Source of the DNA: an uncultured Methanosarcinales archaeon
Lineage (GTDB): Archaea > Nanobdellota > Nanobdellia > Woesearchaeales > ARS49
DNA: 62,561 nt
Assembly (NCBI GenBank): GCA_964497645.1
Contig: CAZCCU010000003.1
Coordinates: 1-62,561, forward strand
Direction of reading: 5' to 3'
Shown: positions 36,221-44,410 of the stretch, one piece after another
Layout: each line of letters opens with the position of its first letter
Position numbering within the stretch: position 1 is the first letter of the stretch
Position numbers and translations under genes: made by a program
The notes under the pieces: model-generated
What the model was told of the DNA's origin: nothing
What the model saw: the letters and a program-made list of their open reading frames with translations, nothing else
The model's database searches: none

Positions 36221-36674
36221 ACCTTAATTTTTCTTTTTTTATCTCGTTCTGAAGGTGTTCGATCATTCTGAAGCTGGAGTCCATGTGTGCTTTCAGCGTC
36301 GCTTCTGCTTTCCTGAATGCTCCTTCGAGATTCGTGCCATTCAGCTCGTAGCCGATGACGACTTTTCCGCTTGAGACAAAGCTTGTTTTTTTCAAAATCT
36401 GCAGGTCCAGCCATCGTCGTAGGTAATCGTACATCGTCTGGCGTTTGATTCCAGCATGCAATGCCATTTCTTCGACTGGCATGACTGCCGCTTCTGGCCT
36501 TTTCTCACGGTTAGCCTCTTTCTTGCGCTCGTACAGTTGTAGCAGTAGTTTGTGGAGTTGTGCGCTGCCGTCTTTTTTTCTCGGCAGGAGTCCAAAGCGT
36601 GCAAGAAGTACCTTCGAGAGTTCTTCAACTTCGTGGTTTACCGGTTCCGCGTTGCCAAGCAAAAATTCCATCAT
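36183..36674 (-). CDS. HTH DNA-binding protein
   Basis: EEMALHAGIKRQTMYDYLRRWLDLQIL. Convergent with the 35684 gene, with a 38-bp overlap. Confidence 0.5.
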   Translation of the reverse strand: MMEFLLGNAEPVNHEVEELSKVLLARFGLLPRKKDGSAQLHKLLLQLYERKKEANREKRPEAAVMPVEEMALHAGIKRQTMYDYLRRWLDLQILKKTSFVSSGKVVIGYELNGTNLEGAFRKAEATLKAHMDSSFRMIEHLQNEIKKEKLRSNPTPTEENSSQ

Positions 36675-36920
36675 GCACCTTTTTTCAAGTGTTGAAAATT
36701 TGTCTGCTTAAAAATTTTCCGATGATGCCTGTCCAGTGTCCACTGAAATCCCGACATCAATAACTTCTACTCTTTGCTTAAAACTTTTAATCAAATATTT
36801 TCTAAAGCATAAAAGTTTTCGCAAAAAACACCGATTTCCGCATTAGAAGTCTGTGGCGCTGTTTTTTCTAAAAAGATGAGTTATGACCTTTCCAAAGGCT
36901 TAAAATTTGACCTTGCTGGA

Positions 36921-37150
36921 TAGAATTCGCGAAAAATCCCGACACTTTCAGCCAACCCATTCCGAAACAGGCATCCACCCAACCGCCACTTTCTCCGATT
37001 TTCCCGTCAGCGCCGGCATTTTTCCTGTCTTTCTCTGATTTATCCGACAAACAAGGTCAAGGGGCTCCTGGCTTGTACCCTTGGTTCCGTGCCAAAAGTC
37101 GCTAAAAGATGCACGAATTCAAGAATTCTGGCAAAATCCCTTACACTTTT
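36921..37150. repeat. Imperfect ~28-bp direct repeat pair about 200 bp apart (AGAATTC-N-AAAATCCC-NN-ACACTTT), with a third partial copy at 36745-36756
   Basis: AGAATTCGCGAAAAATCCCGACACTTT (about 36922-36948) compared with AGAATTCTGGCAAAATCCCTTACACTTT (about 37121-37148). GAAATCCCGACA at 36745. Confidence 0.6.
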
Positions 37151-37662
37151 GGTGACGTTCTTTTTCGTGCGTTTTCGAGGATGGTTCTTGCTTGGTCAAC
37201 TACTGTTTTTTCGAGCGTTCCAAAGCCTTCTATTTCGACGGAAAATTGGTTGCCGGTGTTCGTGTTTTCGTGATAAAACGTTTTGAAATAGTCCATGTCT
37301 ACGGGATTAAACCCTCTTACGTCTGTACTGTTCGGATTTTTTGTTGGCGTGTAGAAAACAGTGATCATTGCAGGATGAACTCTCGATGCTGCAGCCAATT
37401 GTGAAGCTGTTTCTTCGTCTAATCGGCCATCGTACACTAATGCGACTGATTCTGTGTGTCCTGACTTTCGCTCGTACATTCTGATGCCATCAAAGGTGTA
37501 TGTGTCGACGGGTTTTGCCTTATTCGTGCAGAGATTTCGTTCGATTGGCGGCAGTGCAGCAATTCTTTCCTTTTCTTTTCTGTCGAGCGCTATGCGTTCT
37601 AAGTTTTCTTTCTTCCGAAGATCATATCTCGCAGTATCCGTAGTCATTTTATCTCCACCCAT
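37141..37662 (-). CDS. Hypothetical protein
   Basis: 173-aa ORF, no motifs. Confidence 0.45.
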   Translation of the reverse strand: MGGDKMTTDTARYDLRKKENLERIALDRKEKERIAALPPIERNLCTNKAKPVDTYTFDGIRMYERKSGHTESVALVYDGRLDEETASQLAAASRVHPAMITVFYTPTKNPNSTDVRGFNPVDMDYFKTFYHENTNTGNQFSVEIEGFGTLEKTVVDQARTILENARKRTSPKV

Positions 37663-38360
37663 TGCAATTTTTCAGGTGCTGGTATTTAAAGCTTTTGGCT
37701 ACTCTTTATTTTTTTTTAAATATAGAAAATTATTAATTTAACTTCTGAAAAGTGATAATAAAAGTTTAAATAAAATACACCTTACAAAATATATAATGGC
37801 AACTACTGCTGATAAAACATAAATAAGAAAGAATATGATATAAACTAAAAGTCTGAAAGAAAATATCACAAACTGTATTTTCAAAAATATCTATTGTAAA
37901 ATTACCAAAACCCTCACTTTTTATCAATTTCTGTGAGTGAAAAGTGAGCTTTCGTTGTTAGTTGGCTGTTTAGGCGCTTAAACAGGCAGGTCCAATAGTG
38001 CAAAACAGCAAATTTGAAATTCTCGTGCCTAATTATAATAGATTTTATGATGCCTAAAGAACTAAGAGTTTTTAGTTATTTTTTTACAAGTGCAAGCTGC
38101 AAGAAGGCACTCAGCTGTGTGTAGTTGAGCCTGTAAAGTGAGAGTTAGGTGAGTCAGGAGCAGAAAGAAACAAAACAAAAGATAGGCACTATTCAGAAGT
38201 CTTGTTTTTCTGTACCGTGTAGGCTTGTAGAAAGAACTGTAAAGGATAAAAAAAGTGAGTGTTGCTAGTGAAATTAGGTTAAAATCCCTGAAATCATTGT
38301 TTCTTCTTATCTGACTAGTGGTGATAAGTTCTTTTATATAGGGGAGTTCATGAAAAATGA
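37663..38360. other. About 0.7-kb AT-rich non-coding region with AAAGTGAG repeats
   Basis: No ORF of 60 aa or more. AAAGTGAG at 37941, 38135 and 38252, plus an inverted copy at 37913-37921 forming a 9-bp stem with 37940-37948. Confidence 0.7.
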
Positions 38361-39182
38361 ATGGAAGAAACAGTGGAGCCCGAGCATGGTGTATCGCCGG
38401 GTGTTTTAGGTCTTATTGCAGTTCTATCTATCGGTGGCTTGTTGTTCGTTGGCTGGCAGGCAAGCATTGCTGGCCAGTATGCTTCTGGCCCTTACTCGAC
38501 AGCTGGTCCATATGCGAGCTGTTGCACCGTTGAGCCGTGGAGTTCTTCGATCGCTGGATACAGTCCTGGGACTGGTTTGACGACGACAGAAATTTGCAAG
38601 CCGACTGAGCTGCCTCAGCGTTGTTGTGTTCGCGCGACGAGCGAGCGTTATCATTCTCCTGTCAGATTGTTGGACTCGAGCCAGGGCACGTGTCCTGGTC
38701 CTGAGGTGAGTTATCCGTTTGGCGGTGATTATTCTTCGTGTTGTACTGTTCAGTCTTGGAGGAGCGCTCCTACTGGCTTCATTCAGAGCACTGCTGAAAC
38801 GACAACAGAGCGTTGCACTGGTGCCGAAACTCCGACTGAGTGTTGTGCGAGAAATGCTGCGAGCAGGACTGAGTATAGTATTCGCGTTTTAGGCTCGAGA
38901 TTTGGCGACTGTAATCCTCCTGAAATTAATTATCCTGCATCGATCCCTGGCGGTTATACTGCTTGTTGCAGTGGAGAGATGTGGCAGCATGCTCCTACTG
39001 GTTATGCTCAGGGAACCCAGACAAGAACCACTGCATCTTGCGATCCTTTGGAGACTTTGAGCCAGTGTTGTGCGCGTTCTATTACTCAGAATTCTCAGTA
39101 TCCTGTGAAGTTGCAGGGCTTTAGGCTTGGTTCGTGTTTGTCAAGCGGTCCAGAGAAGAGTTATCCTGTTTGGATTAGATAA
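38361..39182 (+). CDS. Membrane-anchored secreted protein with three ~75-aa Cys-rich repeats
   Basis: N-terminal TM LGLIAVLSIGGLLFVGW. Three repeats follow the pattern Y-x-x-CC...W...P-T-G...T-T...C...E-x-x-x-x-CC-x-R...C...YP. Confidence 0.65.
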   Translation: MEETVEPEHGVSPGVLGLIAVLSIGGLLFVGWQASIAGQYASGPYSTAGPYASCCTVEPWSSSIAGYSPGTGLTTTEICKPTELPQRCCVRATSERYHSPVRLLDSSQGTCPGPEVSYPFGGDYSSCCTVQSWRSAPTGFIQSTAETTTERCTGAETPTECCARNAASRTEYSIRVLGSRFGDCNPPEINYPASIPGGYTACCSGEMWQHAPTGYAQGTQTRTTASCDPLETLSQCCARSITQNSQYPVKLQGFRLGSCLSSGPEKSYPVWIR

Positions 39183-39184
39183 TT

Positions 39185-39913
39185 TTATCCAACATAAGTT
39201 ATGTCTTTCTTTTCTTTGATTTCTTTGGCTTTTTGTGCTTGGTCTAGCATGGCGCGCAGTTTTTTCTCGAATTCTGCTGCTTGTTTTAGAAGGGGCTGAT
39301 AATCAACTTTTAGTCCTAGATAACGGTCTAAAATCTCAATTATCTTGGCTGCCGCTTTTGAATCCGGCAGGTTGCTGTGTGTTTCTGAGAACAGCGCGCA
39401 GACGTCAATGTCTTTTAGCGGCGCTTTTGTCAGCAAAGCAGCAGTAACTCCTACTATGATGCCTTCTCCGAGGCAGTCAACGCCTAGTTTTCCGAAAATC
39501 TTTTTGTGAGCCGGGTTTGAAGTGTAAAAGAATCCTCGGGCTTGGTCTGCTTCTTGGCTTCCAACGCCTTCCAGCGTGATTATTTCTTTTGCTCCGACTT
39601 GTTTTGCGACGTCAAGCACAATCTCGGCTGCTTTCCATTCCGTGCCTGCTGTTGGCGAGATGCTGTGAACGATCACCAGGTTGTATTTCTTGTTGTAATA
39701 CACTCCTATCGGGTCTATTAGGTGGCATGCGTGTATTGCTATGGTTGGCTGTCCTTCTTCAAACCAGTACTTTCCTATTTGTTCGCACTTTAGATGGTCT
39801 ATCAGAAATCCTGTGGCAATTGTGCCTACCAGTCCAAAGCCTGGAAATCCTTCAATTACTGTTGGCGCTTTGACTTTTTTGGATATTTCGCAGCAAAACC
39901 TCTTTTCTTCCAT
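39185..39913 (-). CDS. PAC2-family proteasome assembly chaperone
   Basis: VIEGFPGFGLVGTIATGFLIDHL and GVYYNKKYNLVIVHS. Confidence 0.65.
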   Translation of the reverse strand: MEEKRFCCEISKKVKAPTVIEGFPGFGLVGTIATGFLIDHLKCEQIGKYWFEEGQPTIAIHACHLIDPIGVYYNKKYNLVIVHSISPTAGTEWKAAEIVLDVAKQVGAKEIITLEGVGSQEADQARGFFYTSNPAHKKIFGKLGVDCLGEGIIVGVTAALLTKAPLKDIDVCALFSETHSNLPDSKAAAKIIEILDRYLGLKVDYQPLLKQAAEFEKKLRAMLDQAQKAKEIKEKKDITYVG

Positions 39914-40006
39914 GATGATGAATGATGATTGGTGCTTTATATAGGTTTGGTTTGCACAAATTATTTAAAGAAAAGATGGTTTCATTGGAAAGAAAAAGGT
40001 GATATA

Positions 40007-40207
40007 ATGAAAATAAGTCCGACAGCTTTGATTATTGTGCTGGTGTTCGCTGCTGTTCTTGGTGTTGGCATGCTCGGCGGTGGTTTGACCGGTCAGGCTT
40101 CTGGCTCAGCTCTTCCTATCACTAATGGTACTGTGTTGAGCGTTATCGCTGCAGTGATAGCTATTGGTGTTCTAATTGTTGCTGGCTTGAATCAAGGAAA
40201 GAATTAA
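40007..40207 (+). CDS. Small membrane protein (2 TM)
   Basis: AAGGTGA lies upstream of the ATG at 40007. Translation begins MKISPTALIIVLVFAAVLGVGMLGGG. Confidence 0.45.
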   Translation: MKISPTALIIVLVFAAVLGVGMLGGGLTGQASGSALPITNGTVLSVIAAVIAIGVLIVAGLNQGKN

Positions 40208-40785
40208 TTTAGGTATTTCTTGATCTCTTTGAGCTGTTGTGGTCCAATCGGCAATGTGTTCTGGCCGCCGTAGACTGAAAGTACAGCTTCTGCGACTTTT
40301 GCTTTTTCAGATTCTTTCTTATCGTTAATGTGTTTCGCAAGGTCTTCGCCGATTTTGTCAGTTGTCACAGCAATGTTCATGTTATACTTTCTGGTTAGTT
40401 CGTCTCTGCTGCCTTCTGCAAATGGTATTTCTTTTGTGCCTTTTTCTTTAGCGTATGCGTCTATAACATTGCCTATGTCGTTTGAGCTTATGTTTCCTTC
40501 CTTGTCTACTTTGAATGCCACGAGCATTTTGTCGTAGTCTGTGAAATCTTTGCCTTTGTCTTTTTCTAAAAGCAGGATGTAGCCGTCGAATGCGTTGGCC
40601 GCAATTCCGTCCTCAAAGCTGTATGAGACTTCTAATTCGATTGTTTTGTAGGCTTGTGCAAGAACAGGGGCGCTTTCTTTCTTTATCGCTAATTCGATTG
40701 GCTTTTGGTTCATTTCTGGCTTTTTCCATTCAGTGCTTGAACAGCCTGCCACTGTCATTAGTAAGGCTACAAGTGATTTTTTCAT
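40204..40785 (-). CDS. Orphan lipoprotein
   Basis: Signal peptide with lipobox LMTVAGCSS. 4-bp overlap with the upstream gene. Confidence 0.6.
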   Translation of the reverse strand: MKKSLVALLMTVAGCSSTEWKKPEMNQKPIELAIKKESAPVLAQAYKTIELEVSYSFEDGIAANAFDGYILLLEKDKGKDFTDYDKMLVAFKVDKEGNISSNDIGNVIDAYAKEKGTKEIPFAEGSRDELTRKYNMNIAVTTDKIGEDLAKHINDKKESEKAKVAEAVLSVYGGQNTLPIGPQQLKEIKKYLN

Positions 40786-41996
40786 TTTTTGTCTCCTTTG
40801 TATTGCTCGTCTAATGCCTTGATTGCGCTGTCAACTTGTACTTTTGTCATGCTGCCTTCTCCTTTGACTTTTCCAGGAGTGTAATTGTTTCTCAGCCAGA
40901 CTAATTGCTGTGCTGGTGTGAGGCTGTATTTTTCAGCTGCTTCTTTCATGCGGGTTAGGTCTTTTGGTTCCATCGCTACTTTTGCATAGCCTCGTATTTC
41001 TGTTTCTGTTCTTAAAGCAACATTTCCCCAGTTGAAGTCTTTGCTGTCTCCAAGTTCTGCAATTTTTCCTTCGAGACTTTTGATTTTCGCATCGAGTTCG
41101 GTTCCGTCCAGGATGTTGTCATCGCCTGCTATCAGGCTGAGCATGTATGTTCTGTCTTCTTCTGTTTGTGGAACTTCGGCTTTTGTTTTTTTGTTGTATG
41201 CTGATTTCATTTCAACGTATTTGTGTCCGAATGAGCCTACTACTGGTGCAAACTTGACTGTGAAGTCTACAATGTAATTTTTTTCTGCTTCTGAAGCTTC
41301 TTTTGGCGCTTCTGGTTTTTCTGCGTCAAGTACGCCTGGAAGGTAGAAGTTTGCTTTGTCTTTTTCGAAATTCGCAACCATTTCTTTGGTGATAAGGATT
41401 GACTGGCCTGCATGCGTGTTTATTTTCTTCGCGCTGTATGCTTTGGCAATCTTTGCTTTTATCATTGCCTGGAAGAGCGGCGTGTTTTCCGCATTTGCTT
41501 CTTTTGCTTTTTCTGCAATAAGCTGGTCCAATTTTTCCTGTGTATTATCTGAGATTTTGTATGCGAAGTTTGGTACTTGTACGCTCATGATTGCCGAGTT
41601 TACTTTCTTTGCCGTGAGGCCTTTGTATTTGTCGTTGCCTGCAATGAATTCTAGAAGGTCGCCTATTTCGACTCCGTTGACGCCGTTTCTGTTAAGCTGT
41701 GTTTCAGCGTACCACATTTCTTCTTCAGGCGAGAACGCTATCTTGTTGGCAGATCGTTTCTGTTCTGCTGCGAGCTTGTTCTCTTTTTCCTGCGTTTCTG
41801 ATTGGACTTTTTCTATGATTGCCAGTGCCATGCCGTGGTTTGCGGATGAGTGGAGTGGCAGGTGGGCTGGTCCGCCTTTTTCAACAGCGTATTCCAGAGT
41901 TTTTTCAGTTTTTGGAGCTTCTTTCGGAGCGTCTTGTGCTGAAATTATGCCTGGGGCTAGAAATCCCAATACGACTGCGAGTTTATTGAAGTTCAT
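40782..41996 (-). CDS. Orphan secreted protein
   Basis: Signal peptide MNFNKLAVVLGFLAPGIISAQD. 404 aa. Abuts the upstream gene. Confidence 0.6.
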   Translation of the reverse strand: MNFNKLAVVLGFLAPGIISAQDAPKEAPKTEKTLEYAVEKGGPAHLPLHSSANHGMALAIIEKVQSETQEKENKLAAEQKRSANKIAFSPEEEMWYAETQLNRNGVNGVEIGDLLEFIAGNDKYKGLTAKKVNSAIMSVQVPNFAYKISDNTQEKLDQLIAEKAKEANAENTPLFQAMIKAKIAKAYSAKKINTHAGQSILITKEMVANFEKDKANFYLPGVLDAEKPEAPKEASEAEKNYIVDFTVKFAPVVGSFGHKYVEMKSAYNKKTKAEVPQTEEDRTYMLSLIAGDDNILDGTELDAKIKSLEGKIAELGDSKDFNWGNVALRTETEIRGYAKVAMEPKDLTRMKEAAEKYSLTPAQQLVWLRNNYTPGKVKGEGSMTKVQVDSAIKALDEQYKGDKK

Positions 41997-43367
41997 TTAT
42001 TCACCGAATATTGCTTTCAATCCGCCTTTCTTCGCTAGTTCGTGTGCTTTCACAACGTCTAGTTTGGTTATCGTTTCTAAATTTCCTAGGTCTGCTGTGT
42101 TGAGGTAAGGCAGCCTTTCGATGAGCTTTTTGTATTGTGCTGGTTCTAAGTCTGCGCGGTTCTCGTATCTCTTCAGTGTTTTTATTAGAGAATTTATGCC
42201 TTCTTCTCCATGGACAGCATCTGGATGGATCGCTCTGGTTACTTTTTCTTCTGTTCCGTCCATTCTTTGGTTTTTGTAAGCAACTTGGTATTCTGTTGCT
42301 TTCGTTTCTGGATCTACTGTGGTCCATGATGCTGTTCCTTCCGCGCGTGCTTCAACTGAGAAGTATGGTTGCGCTGGCACTGTTTTTTCTGCTGTTTTTG
42401 GCGCTTCTGGTTTTGCGCTTTTGTCTGCAGGTTTTTCTGCTGTCTTTGGCGCTTCTGTTTTGGTGCTTTTTTCTGCAGCTTTTGGTTTGTCTTCTACTTT
42501 CTCAACTTTTGGTTTTTCTTGTGGTTGAGTGTAGCCTGATCTGCCTGCAACGTATGCTCCTGCAAGTGCTAGGAATGCTGTTACTGCAGCGCCGACGTAG
42601 CTGATTCTCCTGTATTTCTTATTGTCTGCTAGTAAGCGGTCTTTTTCTGCGGTTTCTGCAGCTTCGTGTTTTGTTTTGTAATCGTCTCGTTCGGTTGTAA
42701 TTCTTGCTTGGTTTGCGTTTGCAGCGGCTTGCTCGGCATCCTTGACATTTATGATGCCTTGATGTAAAGCAACTTCCAAGTCTTTATTTTTTTCAGCAAC
42801 TGCTAAATCCTTATCTTTTGCAGCGACTCTCAATTCTTCGGCGGTTAGTTTGCCTCTGAGTCCTTTGTCGCCTGTAACTGCTGGGTCACCATCGACGAGA
42901 ATTTCGAGTTTTGTTTTGTCTCCTTCTAGTCTTGTAACGTCTTTACCAAGGTAGTGTTTGTCTTTGTCGAGTCCTGCTTTGTCTACTTTTAATCCAGTGA
43001 CTTCTGTTCTTGCAGCGAGTAAATCTCCTCTTGCAGCGTTCAGCTGGCTTTCGTAAACGATTGCTTTTGAAGTTTCTTGTCCAAGTAGACCTATGTTGTC
43101 CTTGACTTTTTGTACTTCTGTGTTGTAAAGTGTGGTAAGATCATTAACATTTTTTTCTAATTGTAATATTCTAGCTTGTTTAGTCCCGTCTAAAGAGGTT
43201 GCGGTAGCTGCTTGTATTGCTGCTTTGTCTTTTGCTCTTTCAATAGAATCATTTTTTCTTCGGAGTTTGTCGATTAATTTCTGATCTGCTTTAAGATCTT
43301 TTTCAAGGTCTTTGTTTTCTGCTTTTGCAGTATTCAATTGGATTTTGATTATGTTTCTGTTAGTCAT
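41997..43367 (-). CDS. Bitopic membrane protein: ~250-aa N-terminal coiled coil, one TM, K/P/A-rich linker, C-terminal globular domain
   Basis: TM YVGAAVTAFLALAGAYVAG. Linker with repeated EAPKTAEK. Confidence 0.6.
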   Translation of the reverse strand: MTNRNIIKIQLNTAKAENKDLEKDLKADQKLIDKLRRKNDSIERAKDKAAIQAATATSLDGTKQARILQLEKNVNDLTTLYNTEVQKVKDNIGLLGQETSKAIVYESQLNAARGDLLAARTEVTGLKVDKAGLDKDKHYLGKDVTRLEGDKTKLEILVDGDPAVTGDKGLRGKLTAEELRVAAKDKDLAVAEKNKDLEVALHQGIINVKDAEQAAANANQARITTERDDYKTKHEAAETAEKDRLLADNKKYRRISYVGAAVTAFLALAGAYVAGRSGYTQPQEKPKVEKVEDKPKAAEKSTKTEAPKTAEKPADKSAKPEAPKTAEKTVPAQPYFSVEARAEGTASWTTVDPETKATEYQVAYKNQRMDGTEEKVTRAIHPDAVHGEEGINSLIKTLKRYENRADLEPAQYKKLIERLPYLNTADLGNLETITKLDVVKAHELAKKGGLKAIFGE

Positions 43368-43452
43368 TTTATGTCAACCCCGCTGTTTATTGCGATATAC
43401 CAGATTCTAGTATATAAATCTTTCTATATATTCACTACTTGATAGTAGTCAT

Positions 43453-44244
43453 CTAATTATGTAGATTGCATCGTGGCAGGCACTGCTGCACGCATCGGTA
43501 TAAGCGTGAACCGCGTACTGCGTTGAAGTATGATTCGCGTGACTGGGAATACTGCTCGAGTTCTTCGCGGGTGGACTGTTGGACTTTTCTGTTGCCTTCA
43601 GCTCTCATTCCTGCTACGAATCCTTCAGAATATCTCTTGTCTGATTTGTGAAGATCGTATTCTGCTTTTTCCCAGTCTTTGTGAGCTCCGAGTACGTCTG
43701 GTGCTTTCTTGCCGGTGTTTGTAATCATTTGAGGTTTTTGAGCCTGTTCGAGGTCTAGTTGGCCGATGAACGCTTTTGTGCCTTCTCCAAGCTCTGCTAT
43801 GATGTTTTCAAGCTCGTGTTGTATGATTACTCGACGATTATCGCCTCTGTCTCTTTTGTCTGTTTTAGCCAAAAGCTGGTAAAGGTCGTGTGCCGTGATA
43901 TTTCCGTTGCCTGTAAGCTCTCGTTTTGCTTTGCAGAGCGCAAGGTAGAAATCCGACTGCCAGTATGATTTGACTGCATGGTTTTCAAAGTAGAATTTGT
44001 CATCAAATGGGAGCTTGTCGTTTTTTTTGAAAAGGATGTATGGCTGTGCTGTTTTTTCGTCTTCCTGGAGTTCTATATCTTTCAATTTTGGGTGCTTTTT
44101 CGGGCTTACCTTTTTTTCAAGAGATTCAGTTCGCTCATGTTCAGGGCTCGGTTTATCCGGTATTGCGCCTTTTTGTAAATAGAATCCTGCTGCGGCAAAT
44201 ACCGGTAGTAATATTCCGATTGCGTAGTCTTTCCATGTTGGCAT
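43453..44244 (-). CDS. N-terminally anchored orphan protein
   Basis: TM YAIGILLPVFAAAGFY. 263 aa. Confidence 0.55.
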   Translation of the reverse strand: MPTWKDYAIGILLPVFAAAGFYLQKGAIPDKPSPEHERTESLEKKVSPKKHPKLKDIELQEDEKTAQPYILFKKNDKLPFDDKFYFENHAVKSYWQSDFYLALCKAKRELTGNGNITAHDLYQLLAKTDKRDRGDNRRVIIQHELENIIAELGEGTKAFIGQLDLEQAQKPQMITNTGKKAPDVLGAHKDWEKAEYDLHKSDKRYSEGFVAGMRAEGNRKVQQSTREELEQYSQSRESYFNAVRGSRLYRCVQQCLPRCNLHN

Positions 44245-44410
44245 ATTGATTACCTTCCTTTACAATCTATATTCATCTTAACTATTTAAATCTTTCGTTT
44301 TTTCACCACTGTGAAGTGTCGAAATAGCCCTATAGAAGTGGAAAATCCACTCACGAAATGTTTATATAGTATATGGAGTAAGTTTGGCTAGGTCAAAAAG
44401 GGTTGAATGA

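Noticed and set aside
37663-38360. Calling this AT-rich gap a chromosomal replication origin
   Set aside because: There is no orc1/cdc6 gene or recognisable ORB/mini-ORB box in the window, and I cannot compute skew here. I keep it only as a hypothesis in the findings.
41356-42604. Plus-strand ORFs of 250 aa and 155 aa
   Set aside because: They are antisense to two tightly coupled minus-strand genes that have signal peptide and TM logic. Their compositions are low-complexity Ser/Phe/Leu.
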